From NCBI RefSeq assembly GCF_000150275.1, contig NW_002060951.1:312775-376774 (forward strand): 64,000 nt of DNA. The letters are read 5' to 3'. This DNA is from Trichoplax adhaerens. Taxonomy: Eukaryota > Animalia > Placozoa. The first letter of the stretch is position 1. Every line of letters starts with the position of its first letter. A program made the translations under genes and the position numbers. Shown one piece after another: positions 14,701 to 27,199 of the stretch. A model generated the notes under the pieces. That model saw nothing but the letters and a program-made list of their open reading frames with translations. It was not told the origin of the DNA and searched no databases.

Positions 14701-16294
14701 TTGATCCTTTTGGTGATTGATTATCTATTTCGTTTTAGACATGCAATGTAGAGTTTTACGTTGATATTCATGGTCATACCTCACTTGTTAACGGTATTGT
14801 AAAAATTATATGTGAACTGAAACCACTATCATTATTTATAGAACTTCAGAATTTAACACAAAGTTTATAAATTACCGGGTTTTCCTATTTTAGCTTTTAT
14901 TTATGGAAACATTTTCGATGATAGCACCAGATTCGAAAAGCAAAGTATATTTCCTAAACTATTGAGTAATAATGCGGATGATTTTTCCATGGTAAGGAAT
15001 GCTAGCCCAATATTATTTCAATATTTTATGAATGATTACAGCAAAGTATATTTCCTAAACTATTAAGTAATAATGCCGATGATTTTTCCATGGTAAGGAA
15101 TGCTAGCGCAATATTATTTCAATATTTTATGAATGATTGCACAATGCCGATTGATTATTCTAAATTGCTTAGATGTTACCTAATTAATTTATGGTACACT
15201 ATCAGCTACAAATAATCACAATTCCGAAAGATTTACAGTAAATAATGCAATTTCTATATAAAGGCAAAAACATGCTTCAATAAAGACGCAGTAAAAGCTG
15301 GGACTGGAAGAAGGTATGCGTATTAGCGGCTAAGATTAGCTTTTGCACGCTTGTACTAATTTTAATATCGACCTAATGCAGAATTCTTTCTTATAACTTT
15401 GTGCATAGATTTCTAGGAAGTTATCTTAATCCGAATGCCTTATGCTATACTCTTGAAGTATCATGTTACGGTTATCAAAACGTCGCTAATTCCATTACCC
15501 CGTATACGGAAGAAGGATGTATCTAAACCTAATAAAAAATCTTCATTTTCGTTTTTGAAAGTGACTAATACAGTGCTAGCCTCTGGCGTATTTTAGCTGG
15601 AGTATCTTCGTTAGGTTTATGGAACATTAGTTCATTTTATATAGAGAATCTTATAAATCAATCCGTAATTCGATGACTAGCTTATTTCTCTTTTATGTAT
15701 TGATCAACTACGATAACAGATTTAACGTTTCCTTGACTCATAATTAATTAATTAATCATTATAGTTATGCGCTTAGGGCGAAGTTTTGCAAAAACATTTG
15801 TAGATTATTACGAGCTAAATGGATGTGTTAGCGAACTTGTGGCCGAACGAGCTGCTGCAGCTGCCATTCGAAGGAAAAATGCACGAGAACGAGAGGGGAA
15901 CAAAGGTAAAAAACAAACAGGCGATAGAGATATTAAGGAAACTAGGAAGACTGATTCTCAAGCAGTTTTATGGAACAGTTCTAAACAGAATTATGAAGGG
16001 TAAGTCTTAAGACATTTATAAGATTATTTTTAATTGATTTTATCCTAATTGTGTAAAATGATTCGTTATCAATTACATCAATTATATATCAATTACAGCT
16101 TTTAAACTAATTCTTATCTTTAATTTAGAATTAAGAGCGCTCTCGAATTACGTAGAAGTCGAAACTACAAACTACAAGGTAATTCGATCGAGAAAAACCC
16201 GAAAAGCTCCATCAGCAAGATCGACGAGTTTTCTCCTATTTCCTTAAAGTTACGTCATAGAGAAAGATTCTATAGTAAAGATTTTAAATTATAA
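11702..16294 (+). CDS. AGBL4: Cytosolic carboxypeptidase 6 (M14D tubulin deglutamylase), about 17 exons
   Basis: KKGHLKFDAEFEC|GNL, EFEYDLYVRPD, FRVWFYFTV, IVNFSKTKSLYRDGMAP, FAYCYPYSY, SARVHPGESPSSYVCQG, PMLNPDG, GNYRCSLAGDDLNRHW, DIHGH, AVKAGTGRRFLG, CYTLEVS, PYTEEGFMRLGR. Zn-ligand motifs are intact. Terminal exon 16129-16294 is inferred from an open frame. Confidence 0.95.
11890..11903 (+). promoter_or_regulatory. RFX X-box in AGBL4 intron 1
   Basis: TTCACCATGGCAAC, 13/14 match to GTNRCC-AT-RGYAAC, 10 nt after the first donor. Confidence 0.6.
14939..15140 (+). repeat. 101-bp direct tandem duplication spanning an AGBL4 exon 3' half and its donor site
   Basis: caaagtatatttcctaaactatt...ccatggtaaggaatgctagc...gaatgatt occurs at 14941 and again at 15042, with about 4 substitutions. 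Confidence 0.95.
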
Positions 16295-17403
16295 GTTATA
16301 AATAAGGACTAATTTTCATATGGAATCAATTGTTTTAATTTACAACTGCCTAAATATTGAAAAATATATTGAAATCCGCTTATATTAGCAATCATGACAC
16401 AAATGAATTGTTTGATTAGTATTGTACATTATTGAGATAGCAAATGCGTCTTGCAGTGAACCCTTACTAATCAAATTTATGTACAGTAATATCTATAGTG
16501 GAATGGTACTATATTTAGATCTAAATCTGAAAGTTAATAACTTGGCCTTAAATATATTTAATCAGAATGGTAGACTTAACGTTATTCGGAATAGCCTTTT
16601 ATCGTTACTTACTGAGTTATTAGCATTCTCAAAATGTTATTTATATTTCAGTAACGGTAAAATCACTATCCTGTTGCGAGGACAAACGTATATTATCTAA
16701 ATAACGTTAAATTAACTACAATTATTTACTAATTCAATTTATTTGAGAAATACTTTTCTCACATTTTTCTTGAGCAGATGTGCAAATTATTACAAAACAA
16801 ATAAGAAAAAATTTTTCAGTCATTGCTGTACAAATTATATTATTATGAATGCATGATTGCAGCATTAGACTTCATTCAATGATGTATCAAATGGTTCTCC
16901 GAATTTGCCCATCATAATCGAGCATAATAAAATTTCGATTACATATCAAGATACGGCACATTTAACAAGAGCAAATCAAAGATTTCGCTATACTTGCGTA
17001 GAGCATTGATCAAATAGGACATTATTATTTACTATACAGTAATACGTAGAAGTAGAAATTAATCCAAATAACGTAATAATAACAGTACTAAAGGTTGATG
17101 TCAGTACTTACTCTTTATAAAAAATTTGATCATTACATGTTTACTATTATCATACATTAATTAGCACAGGAAAAGTATCGCACCGACCGCCATGCAATTT
17201 GCTCAATGAAAGGGCTTGACGAAAGGCGGCAATATAGTCACAATGTCGAGTTATGCCATTATCATGTCAATGATGAACTGTACAGTACGGCAAATATTGA
17301 TGCCTTTTACCTAAGCGATAGTACCTTATAGGTAGCAAATGTACTTAGTAATTACATTATGTACTGTATATTTAAGTCGTCGTTATACATAAGCATTTAT
17401 GAA

Positions 17404-20400
17404 TCAGCTTTCAAAACAAAATTCATAGTCAAACACAGTATATGGCAAAATTACTAATTCATCATTTGGAGTTGGCATAGGTATATTCCATGTACACCAA
17501 CTGCCATCGAAGGCATAGCGACCACATACACCGTCTACTTTATTACTGATGTCATTTTCGTTGCTACTATTTTGTATTTTATTTATATCCTTATCTTTTA
17601 CTCCCCAATCAAGCCGCAGTCTAAGGGATCTCTTTCTTACGTAGTTATTTTCTGCTTGGGTTTCAAGTTCGCTTATGGAATTCAGTAATTGGTCTAGCAC
17701 GCTAGCCTGCTGTTTACGAATGCGTTTCACGTCCGCCTTCATATTTAGTTCTTTTACCTTGCTAGGTATAGGGATTTTATAACCACTTGCCATATCATTT
17801 GATTCACTATCTGATTTATCGACCTTACTAGCATTAGTTGATGCACAGGTTTTATTTTCAATTTCTATCGTAGGTGATAAACTTTCCAGATCGTTATTTA
17901 CTCCGCTAGTGTCACTGTTATCGTTTTCTATTGCACTTTCAAAAGCAGACGCGTTAATATTATCACCATACGATGTCATCGCTGTGGAGACAGTAGAGTC
18001 ATTTTTAATAATTGGTAAGGATTCAACACGTGGTATTTGAATACAGGCGATTGCTGGTTTATTAATGACATCTAAAGTATCATCGCTTAAAGACTTCTTT
18101 ATACGTTTCGGCTCGGTTTCTTGGCTATCTCCATCATGTACATTATTACTGTCATCAAATTTCCTTTTCATTTGATCGCCATTTTGTAAGATGCTATTTG
18201 AGCCTCTCAAATAATCTCGTTGCCATTGCTTGAGCAATTCCTTTAACTGTTTCTTTACATCTTCATTGGCAATCTTCTTACGTATATTATTAACAACCTT
18301 ACCCAAACGCGTTTTCTGAAAAATTTCAATAAATTATGTCAGAAACGTAAAATTGCCAAAGGTAAACATATTTTACTAAGATGTGGGACAATTATAGAAG
18401 TAATCTTTCGACGATTTCGTGATAAAGTATGCCGCTATACAAAAATAAAGCACTTTGATAATTATCTAAACGCATGATAAACTTGAATAACTATGGTATT
18501 TACTACTGTAAGTCATATAGTAACGAAAATCCTTAGTGGAGGTATAAAAGTATCTCAGATCTTATTCTTTTATTATTAATAGTAGCATGTCGTGTTCGTG
18601 ATTCTTGGCGTAAATGTATTGTTATACTGTCAATGTATAGCACTGTGTAAGTAAAAATACATACTGTGTATGCATTCGACAGACTAATAATAGTATGATT
18701 TCCATGGTAGTATTTGTCATAGTGTTACATTCCAATAAATTGCTATCGTAGGGTACTGAAAAAATTTTGAAACCCTAAATAGTGATATACCACATCTATA
18801 ATTATTTTTATCTGACTACATGATTCGACCATTTTGCCAGTACAGTAAACGACGTAAACAACAAGTATCACAGTAAAACATACCGTATAGAATTAGGAAC
18901 GTTTATACAGTAATCATTGTGCAGGAACATTCAGAAACATATTCGTATACTGTATATCTTGGGAGTGAGATAAACCTTAAACTACAAGAAGAAAAGGTTT
19001 CTTCTAGTAGTCCATGCGTAAATCAATACATTCTTTTTTATTCTTCTTAAGACATAACGATAGACCTTAGGGAATTGAGTACATCATGGCAGCCGAAGAT
19101 GACACATACTGTAGACTAGATATACGCGTAGATACACGTCTACTAGACGAACTGTATTTGGCCCCACTTGTACCGTACTAAACAAAACAAAGGTTCGTAA
19201 TGGGGCTTTAGACCGCCAAAATGCTGCAACTTCGGAATCTGAATTTCTCGCGCCTGCTAAAACTACCACTGTAAAGAAAATTACCTCAAAATAGTTAAAA
19301 ATAGACAGTGCGCAGTATACCTTATGCATAGCGCGGAACTGCATATGTAACCATATAGGTAGTCTAATTACTCGTCAATTCTTAAAATTATTGTCACCAA
19401 TTCCAGATCTTTGATCTATGACTTAAAATAATATTTATTAAATGCAGATTAACTTACTTTATACCTGTACTACTGTCCTGCAGCCTGCATTTCGAGAATC
19501 AAGCGTTCTAACTATGAACTAATAGGTCTACCAAAATAGTATCCTAGTAGTCAATCGACATGGTATGTTTTTATACAATACCGTATAGCTGTACTTTGAT
19601 GGAAGATAATATACAACAAATTGTAATAAGTCGCTTTCACATACTGCTGTAAAGTAGTGGCGTTTCGATTATTTTCGTATCACCATAAATACTCGTATAC
19701 CGTAGGTTACTGTATACAAATTTTAAGGATAACGGCTTCCCTTACATAATATCTAACTCAAAACGTTAAGCCGAAAGAAGTTACTGAGTGACACATACGA
19801 CTCGTATCATACTTTATAATTTACGAGTTTCTGTATAAAGTTACATTAATGTACGTCTACGATTTACAATTACGGCATACCCAGTGCACCGTGTTAATAT
19901 AAGTGTTATAATAAATAAATGGTCTCCTATTTAAAATTCTGAGATAGAATGATGCTGTACATTGGTTGTGAGTAGCGACGTCACTACATGTGCTGTATGA
20001 TATTAAACATATATTTTAACTAGTTAGCTAATTTCTCATTAGCTGGACAGAATAACTTGTACATTTGCATAATATTGCAATAGGTTTCAAATTACGTATG
20101 TCTCAACAGCTTCATACGTAAACGGTCTCATTTGCCTGATTTTGAAAACGTATAGATTTCTATTTTTTAAAGGTGTTGTGGAAAACTATTATGCTGTAAA
20201 AAAATAACTGTCAGTTTCCTTTCTTAATTACTTAATTATACAAGCATTTCTATTCGTCATTAATATTAAACAATAATAAAGTTCTTAAAACTTTGGATGT
20301 CAACGTAATAAATATACTATGGAGTTAGCCGTAAATTTGCTGTTAGTAGAATTTGTAGAAAGCATGAAATGCATGACTGCAGTAATAAGAGTCCTACAGT

Positions 20401-22449
20401 ATATAATCTATTTATCAACAACAATATATCATTTATTATTTCAATAAGCAAAATTATTAGATGAAAAGTAGCCCCATTGAATGTAATAAATTCTACATAT
20501 TTCGCATCGTAATGATACATGTGTACAGTCATAAAATATATTACTAAGTTGAAAAATCGATATTCAAACTGAAGAAGATCATTATCGGGTCAGATGATAC
20601 TTACTTCTAAAATATCTTTGGAAACAATTTGATGTTGATTTCGAAGTGCATTTATGCATACTTGTAATTTTTCCTGGTCTTGCGTTGAAGTCTACAATCA
20701 GTATTCAGTTTCAAAGCAATAAAATCAGTATCACTATTAAGATCTTAAAAAGATTCACGCTATAAATGTTGTACATTTCAGCCTTCGATCGAAATTGATG
20801 ACTTTGGCTTATACCTCGCTAGAAGTTAACGAGCACTTTTGTAAAATACATCATTAACAATTTCAATTTCATCTTACTACTTTATGTTGGTAGCATAAGT
20901 GCAATTTTACTCAATATCTTAACAGTGTGAACGATATCCAGGTTAAAACCAGTGACAGTATAAGCTTAATCAAAACTGTTTTCGACCTAATTTAGTGGGG
21001 TAAATAGTATGCATACCAATGCTAGGCCAAATCACTATCTTAACGTCATGTACTATAGAAAAATGGATATAGCATAGACATACTTCTTCATGAATTAATT
21101 AATATACCTACTATTGATTTGTTCAAATTAATCAACGATAAAAGATTTTTTCCTTCTACTCGTTCTTATTGTAGACTGTATAGATGAATTGGACAAAATG
21201 TATTATTTTGCCCTAAAATCAGCAAGAGCAACACAGGATGATCCAATTTAATTTCTATACTGTTAATACCAATATTATTTTCGAATTAGTGAGGCAATAT
21301 GAGGTCACTTTCCAAGATTTCATTATCATGACTCATAGGGCAAATATAAGATAAGCACTGGACATAAAATTATTCAATATTATTGCGATATACTGTATAC
21401 CGGTGGTTAGATTAGTTAAAACTGTAGCATACTGCATAGTACGTATTGCCATTCTTGATTTATGGGTTATGCATAGGGTAAGCTTTCAATTCATTTTGAT
21501 CATGCTCGAAATGTTAGTATTAGGCATTTGTACGTCTATTGCAAATGAATTAACTGCACTCGTTAATACGTGCAGTCCAGTACCAATATAGTAAGTTACA
21601 ATTAGCGACTTGTACAGTACAGTAAAAATGATGAATGGAATTTCTTCTTAAAACGTGCTATGTATAAATAAAGGAGCTTGAAAATAGCTATTTTAAAATT
21701 GAAGCCTTGAAGGTAAGGGAGTCCATACAGTTGGGTCCATTTTGTAGTAGTCTCATGTCTGCGTTACTATTTTTACACGTCAAAAGTCGCCGTCACCTGT
21801 CATACCCGGAGATAAGAAGCTGAGAGCAGACGAGGTTGAGCGTTTTTGCGTACTAGACGTATAGCAGGGGATCATTGTCCTGCAATATAATCCAGTACAG
21901 TACACAGGTGCAAATGGCTAATATACTGTACAGTACTGTAACTACTTTAGTACAGTACAATACCGTACTAGTCACATTGTAACAGGATTGTACTGTACTC
22001 AGTGAAGTGAGTGAATAGCACAGCATGTTACAAAGACTAGAAATGTTGTACGCTTCAAGGTGAACACTGTACAGTATGGAATATTCACTGTACTATTGAC
22101 TATACAGTAGACATGGCCACATCGATATCCAATTATTTTCCCGATTGCATATCCGTTTTCTAGCGGAATTACAGATACTGCATGATGTGTGTAACAAGAA
22201 ATCAAGTTCTAAAAAGAACATAGATTACTGTAGAAAAAGTTGATGGAATCAAGACTGTAACACACCAACAACACTCTTAGCATGAAGGTGTTCTCAAACT
22301 GCTCACAGTCACACTTTAAAAAACATGGCGGCCCAGTGATATACAGTGAGAAATTATTACTTGTAGTCACTTACGTTCCCTTCGTCGTCGATCTGATGGA
22401 AAACCGCTTTCAGATCCTCAGCGATAACATCAGCAGACAATACGGACAT
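17404..22449 (-). CDS. MED26: Mediator subunit 26, 3 coding exons (22375-22449, 20605-20691, 17404-18315), about 357 aa
   Basis: Exon 1 MSVLSADVIAEDLKAVFHQIDDEGN|gtaagt; exon 2 ...IVSKDILE|gtaagt; exon 3 KTRLGKVVNNIRKK...LLKQWQ (TFIIS-N/LW domain) and C-terminal GVCGRYAFDGSWCTW...LVILPY (Med26 C-terminal motif). Both introns are phase 0. Confidence 0.88.
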
Positions 22450-22619
22450 AGAAGTTGGCAGTTAGTAGAGTTTACTAATGGAAATTTGCCAACGTAGCCA
22501 ACTAAGAGCAGCAAATAATTTTTAGCCAACCGCCACCATCTAACTTTCACGTTAAATGTACAATCGTGTACCTTGATGTCGGCTATAAAAGCGTAACACG
22601 AACTTGCTGGATGTATCAC

Positions 22620-23246
22620 AGCACAGTACAGTACAGTCTCTAGACTACTAGTCTACTACATATAATATAGTGTACTGTATGTCTGTATATGTACAGTACA
22701 CTGTACAGTATAATATCAAGAGGACAGTACTGTACTGTATGGTAGTAGTACTGTATACAGTACTGTACTGTACAGTGTACAGTCCAAGAACTGTCCTGCT
22801 AGTACTGTACAGTACAGTACTGTGTACAGTACACTACACTTCTCCTAATCATTTGTTACAAATACAGTACTCTACAGTACAGTCTGTACTGCACCCTAGT
22901 AGTACTTTTGGTGTTGGGATACTGAATTATGGAAATGAGGTGAAAGTTCCTTTGAAAGGATACCGTTGTCTTGTCATGTGCAGTACAGTACTAAATAGTG
23001 ATATAAAAAAATACACCTTTATATAAAGTGAATGTCACTGCCTTTGTACCTCGGCTATCATCATGTTCTAGTTCTAGTGACCATTCATAGACATTGGACA
23101 ATGGAATGTACTGTAGATTGTACAGTGTACAGTACTGTAAAACGGCATCTTTGACTGAATCTGTTTTACAGTATAGCAACATCATGTACTGTACTGTACT
23201 GTACTGTACTGTACATGTATGTACAGTATAGTACTGTACAGTACAG
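22620..23246. repeat. TACAG/CTGTA low-complexity array including (TACTG)n at about 23186-23213, upstream of MED26
   Basis: Dense gtactgtac/tacagta units in both orientations. It generates the spurious TVQY/YCTV ORFs in the track. Confidence 0.85.
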
Positions 23247-24570
23247 TGAGACCCTTAGACTCTGAAGGTGTACAGTATAGGAACGTACAGGAGAACCGGC
23301 AAGCTAGAATACGGTATTCGATTACGGCTGGATTATCTGTCTTCATGTTGTTGTTTTTATGAATGATGTGAAGTTGAAATGTTGATGCATAATCAAAATT
23401 GAGCAGGGCGCCTAAAGTGCAATTCAACAACATACTCATATATTGACAAAAATACTATACGGTAGTCACATACTGTACAAGGACGACTCAAATGTGTTTA
23501 TACGCGTCAACTATACAGTATACAAGAAGTTAAATAACCTACTCGATCGTTGCTGCAATCTAATCATTCTAAAAAAGGATAAAGTTACCTTATAATCGTT
23601 GACTTTACTAAAGTCATTACGATTTCGTGATTTATACAGTAATATACTGATTGACTATAACCTGAACGAGCTTTCAGTAAAACGATTAGCTTCTTTCAAA
23701 ATTGCTGGAGTCCCCCCTAATACAATTCGCATGCAAGCAATTAGCACTCTTAGATGGACTTCACACGGCTCACAAAGAGCACTTTCTTTCAGTGCATTCA
23801 TGCAACGAGTAAACAATACTCGACAGATGCTGCAATTCCTACCATTGCATTTTTTGCCACCGCCAACAATGACGGAATAGTAGTTTTATTAAGTCATAAT
23901 ACAGTACCTGCACGATTATGAGAAATCGATCACTGTTGTACAGTAGTCAACTATAGAATATACAGTGTAAAGAATTAACAAGCCACATAAATTCCTATAG
24001 ATATCAAACATTAGCTCCTGTAGCAGTAGTAATCGTGTTTACAGACTGTATCTCTGTACTGCAGATGTGTGTATTATTACCGCAAAACTTAATCTATCAT
24101 ACACTTGGAAATTTCATGTTGTTAGTCTCACGTGCAGCAACAGCTGAATTAAAGCTGACCTAAACTTACCATCACTTACAGCAGTATGGTGCGTAGCTTC
24201 TTTCATATCAAACATGGATATACCGTTCATAGATTCAATAACGTAAAAGATAGAATTGTTGTAGGATTCCAATTGGCCAATCAATAGTTATAATAATCAA
24301 TGCAGCAACAGCATTACAATATTCTCAAACAGAATTTATTGGTGGAAACGCGACCATTTCGTATGAAACAAGACGTTACGTATTTATTAATAGATGTATT
24401 GTTAACTGCATGCTGTAAATATTACAGTATATATCATATGCAATATGGAAAAAATAATATCAAAATCACTCTATTTTAAAAAACTAAACTTGGAAATGCC
24501 GAGAAATACCACAGATAACATACAATATTCAGCATGACTTATATCGTTTTTAATAGCTGGTTTAGCGTGC

Positions 24571-26619
24571 TTAATGGGACAGCATTACTGAAGTTGATGC
24601 TTTCGTCTATTATATAATGAAAAGATTACTAGGTTAGAAATAAGTAAAAAGTTGGATATACAATTGATTAAGGCAAATAGCGGTAATGCACAAGAGTAAA
24701 TTCATAAAATATTGTAGACTTCAGAAGTACTCTTGAAATATACTAAATATCGTAAGATATTACATCGCTACCTTGGCTTCGTTGATTTCTTCTGTCCAAT
24801 CCATTGCAGCAATTCGGGGTACAACATCAAGAAGTAGATCAATAACTTTATTGATATTCTGCTTAAATGCGGCGAGTGCTAATTCGACCGTTACCTTCAA
24901 AGTAGTAAAATACAGACATAGTTTTTTTGAAACTGTGTTTTACTTTATGCAAAATATATATTTTAAATTTCTGTCACAACAACAGAAGAATAAGTAAGAG
25001 GAATAGAACTATGCACATTTAAACAATTTCTTGGTGATTTTGGTTTTGCTCTAAGAATTGCAGCACACTGTCTGCTTTCTAGTAGGTTTTCAAAATAGTT
25101 GCATGATTATATTATGCAGTACTACTTACAGCTTGCTCCGTTTCTAACCAAGCATCATAATCCGTTGGAAGAGCTATACTTGCGTATAGTAGACCAGCTT
25201 CATTCGCAAGGCAGACTTCAGGTACAGTGGTCATATTTACAACAGTAGCCCCCCAGCTCTTGAAAAGTCTGCTTTCAGCTCTGGAAGAAAATCTGGGGCC
25301 CTCGATCGTCACTACAGTTCCTGACCGATGATGTTTCAGATTGAGGCTTGAAGCGCTGTTTGAAATGGTCTGAATAAAAATAACTCATTTAAAAAGATTC
25401 AAAAACTATTCACAGCAAGCTAATGCACTTATTACTATCGAGACGCATGCATACTCGTACCTCTCGTAGCTTAGCACAGAAAGGCTCACTCATAGGGATG
25501 TGGCATACTCCGGCTGGGCTGTTTTGATGACCATCATAGAAGGTAGAAGTTCTCTTAGTCGTACGATCAAGGAATTGATCAAGGATGACAATATCGCCAG
25601 GTTCGACATGTTGTTGCAATGACCCGCATGCAGTAGTTACAATTACATGTGTGCAACCAGCTTGCTTCAAGGCGTCAATATTAGCGCGAAAGTTTACATT
25701 GGTCGGCATGATGGAATGTTTACGACCATGCCTATGGACGTAATTAATTAATGATTACACTAAATTTAATGCTATACTATACATTATTATTATTTATTAG
25801 TTATTATATTATTGACAGGATTACGGTGATCTGACACTATCTTGCATTGTAGTAATACAGTTAAGAATGAGTTGCTTATCGAAATGCATAGACTGTGTGT
25901 ATTTAATTCTCACCGTGCTAATAAAACACAAGGAACGCCTTTAATTTTTCCAGATATTAGTTGATCAGAAGGCTGTAAAATCATCAGGTAAAAGCTGCTT
26001 GAGACACTAATATAATCGTATTAATAACTACTCCATATTTATTTATGCTATATAGACTACTTCATTTTGCAATGAACAGTTAATATTTTCTTCTAGCATC
26101 AATAAAGAGCGTATCATTCAATCAATGCTACCTTGCCGTATGGTGTATCATATTCCTTTTCTACTCTCTCATCAAGAATATTAGGATTATCAAGCCCCGT
26201 GCCACCAATTATGCCTATCTAAAATAGAGGATATGTATTGCTATACTTTAGCTTAGAAATGGTTTGAAAAAATTTAAAATTGAATGCAGCTATTGCAAGT
26301 CGGCAATACCGTAGCCACCTAGTTGCAAATACTTCTGGTGCAATTAAGTTTGTCGACACAAATTTGTATGCGCGGAAGACGGCATAGTTAAATGAACGTG
26401 GAGCATAAACGTAATACTGTACCGATCGATCAAGATTTCATTGCTAATTGCAAAACTACACTTTATGCATGTACTGTACGAATATATGGCATAATCCAAT
26501 TCACAGTTAATAAAGTACGCGTATGTGTACGATTAAATAACGTCTGATTGCTGTAGATTTTATATTAATCAATGAAATAGCATTTTCCATTTTACGCGTA
26601 AACTTACTTTTACTGACAT
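24571..26619 (-). CDS. MTAP: S-methyl-5'-thioadenosine phosphorylase
   Basis: MSVK|[16 protein letters not shown]|PSD, LLAR|[58 protein letters not shown]-like PTDYD. Stop at 24571-24573. Confidence 0.97.
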
Positions 26620-27199
26620 CTTGAATTTCTGCAAGTACCTTGTACGCCTAAATTAACTAATTAATTAGCAGAAAGTTGATAACTTGGGTGGGTAATTGAA
26701 TCAATCAATCTGATCTTTCTGGATAGTATCTTGGACTGGTTGGTATTAGAACATGTGCATTACCATTTGACTGCATATTAATAACCTTACTCGTATTACT
26801 AGTGGGGTTACAATACACTACCTGGGACTAAATGAAAACCAGAGGGACAGATGGACACGAAACGGTCGCTCTATACAGTACAGTATAGTAAACGCTTTCA
26901 GTGATAGAATGACCACCCGGTACAACTTTTGATTGAGTACATGGCCTCCCCCTCACACCTGACTAATGACTACTACAATATATCCTACAGACGCATGACA
27001 CGTATGCACGAGTTTGCGCGTTCACTCGAACTACGGCAGAGCTTCAATGACCGCTTCGCTTTCGAATTTCTTCATATTCAAAAGTCTGTTACAGAATCTC
27101 TAGGTACCTAAAGTGGAGAGTTGAACATCAATTTCCTTTCCTGTACAGTAATTCTCGAATCTTTACAGTTTAGACAGTTAAGGAGTTGGTCGATTGAAA
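26620..27199. promoter_or_regulatory. Probable bidirectional promoter MTAP / PRKCSH
   Basis: Head-to-head start codons separated by 580 bp; locally higher GC and TACAGTA motifs. Confidence 0.6.

Noticed and set aside
17180-17232. GC-rich ccgcc...ggcgg segment in the MED26 3' region, considered as a hammerhead or SECIS element
   Set aside because: It lacks the CUGANGA core and the SECIS quartet geometry, and MED26 shows no evidence of Sec readthrough.
22670-23439. ORFs of 118, 64 and 85 aa rich in TVLY/YCTV/VQYS
   Set aside because: They are translation artefacts of the TACAG simple repeat.
23697-23886. Minus-strand Cys-rich frame (CNGRNCSIC...CEPCEVH), considered as a DM domain or zinc finger
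   Set aside because: Spacing does not fit the DM domain (CxxCxxH...HxxxC), and there is no upstream ATG or convincing splice context.
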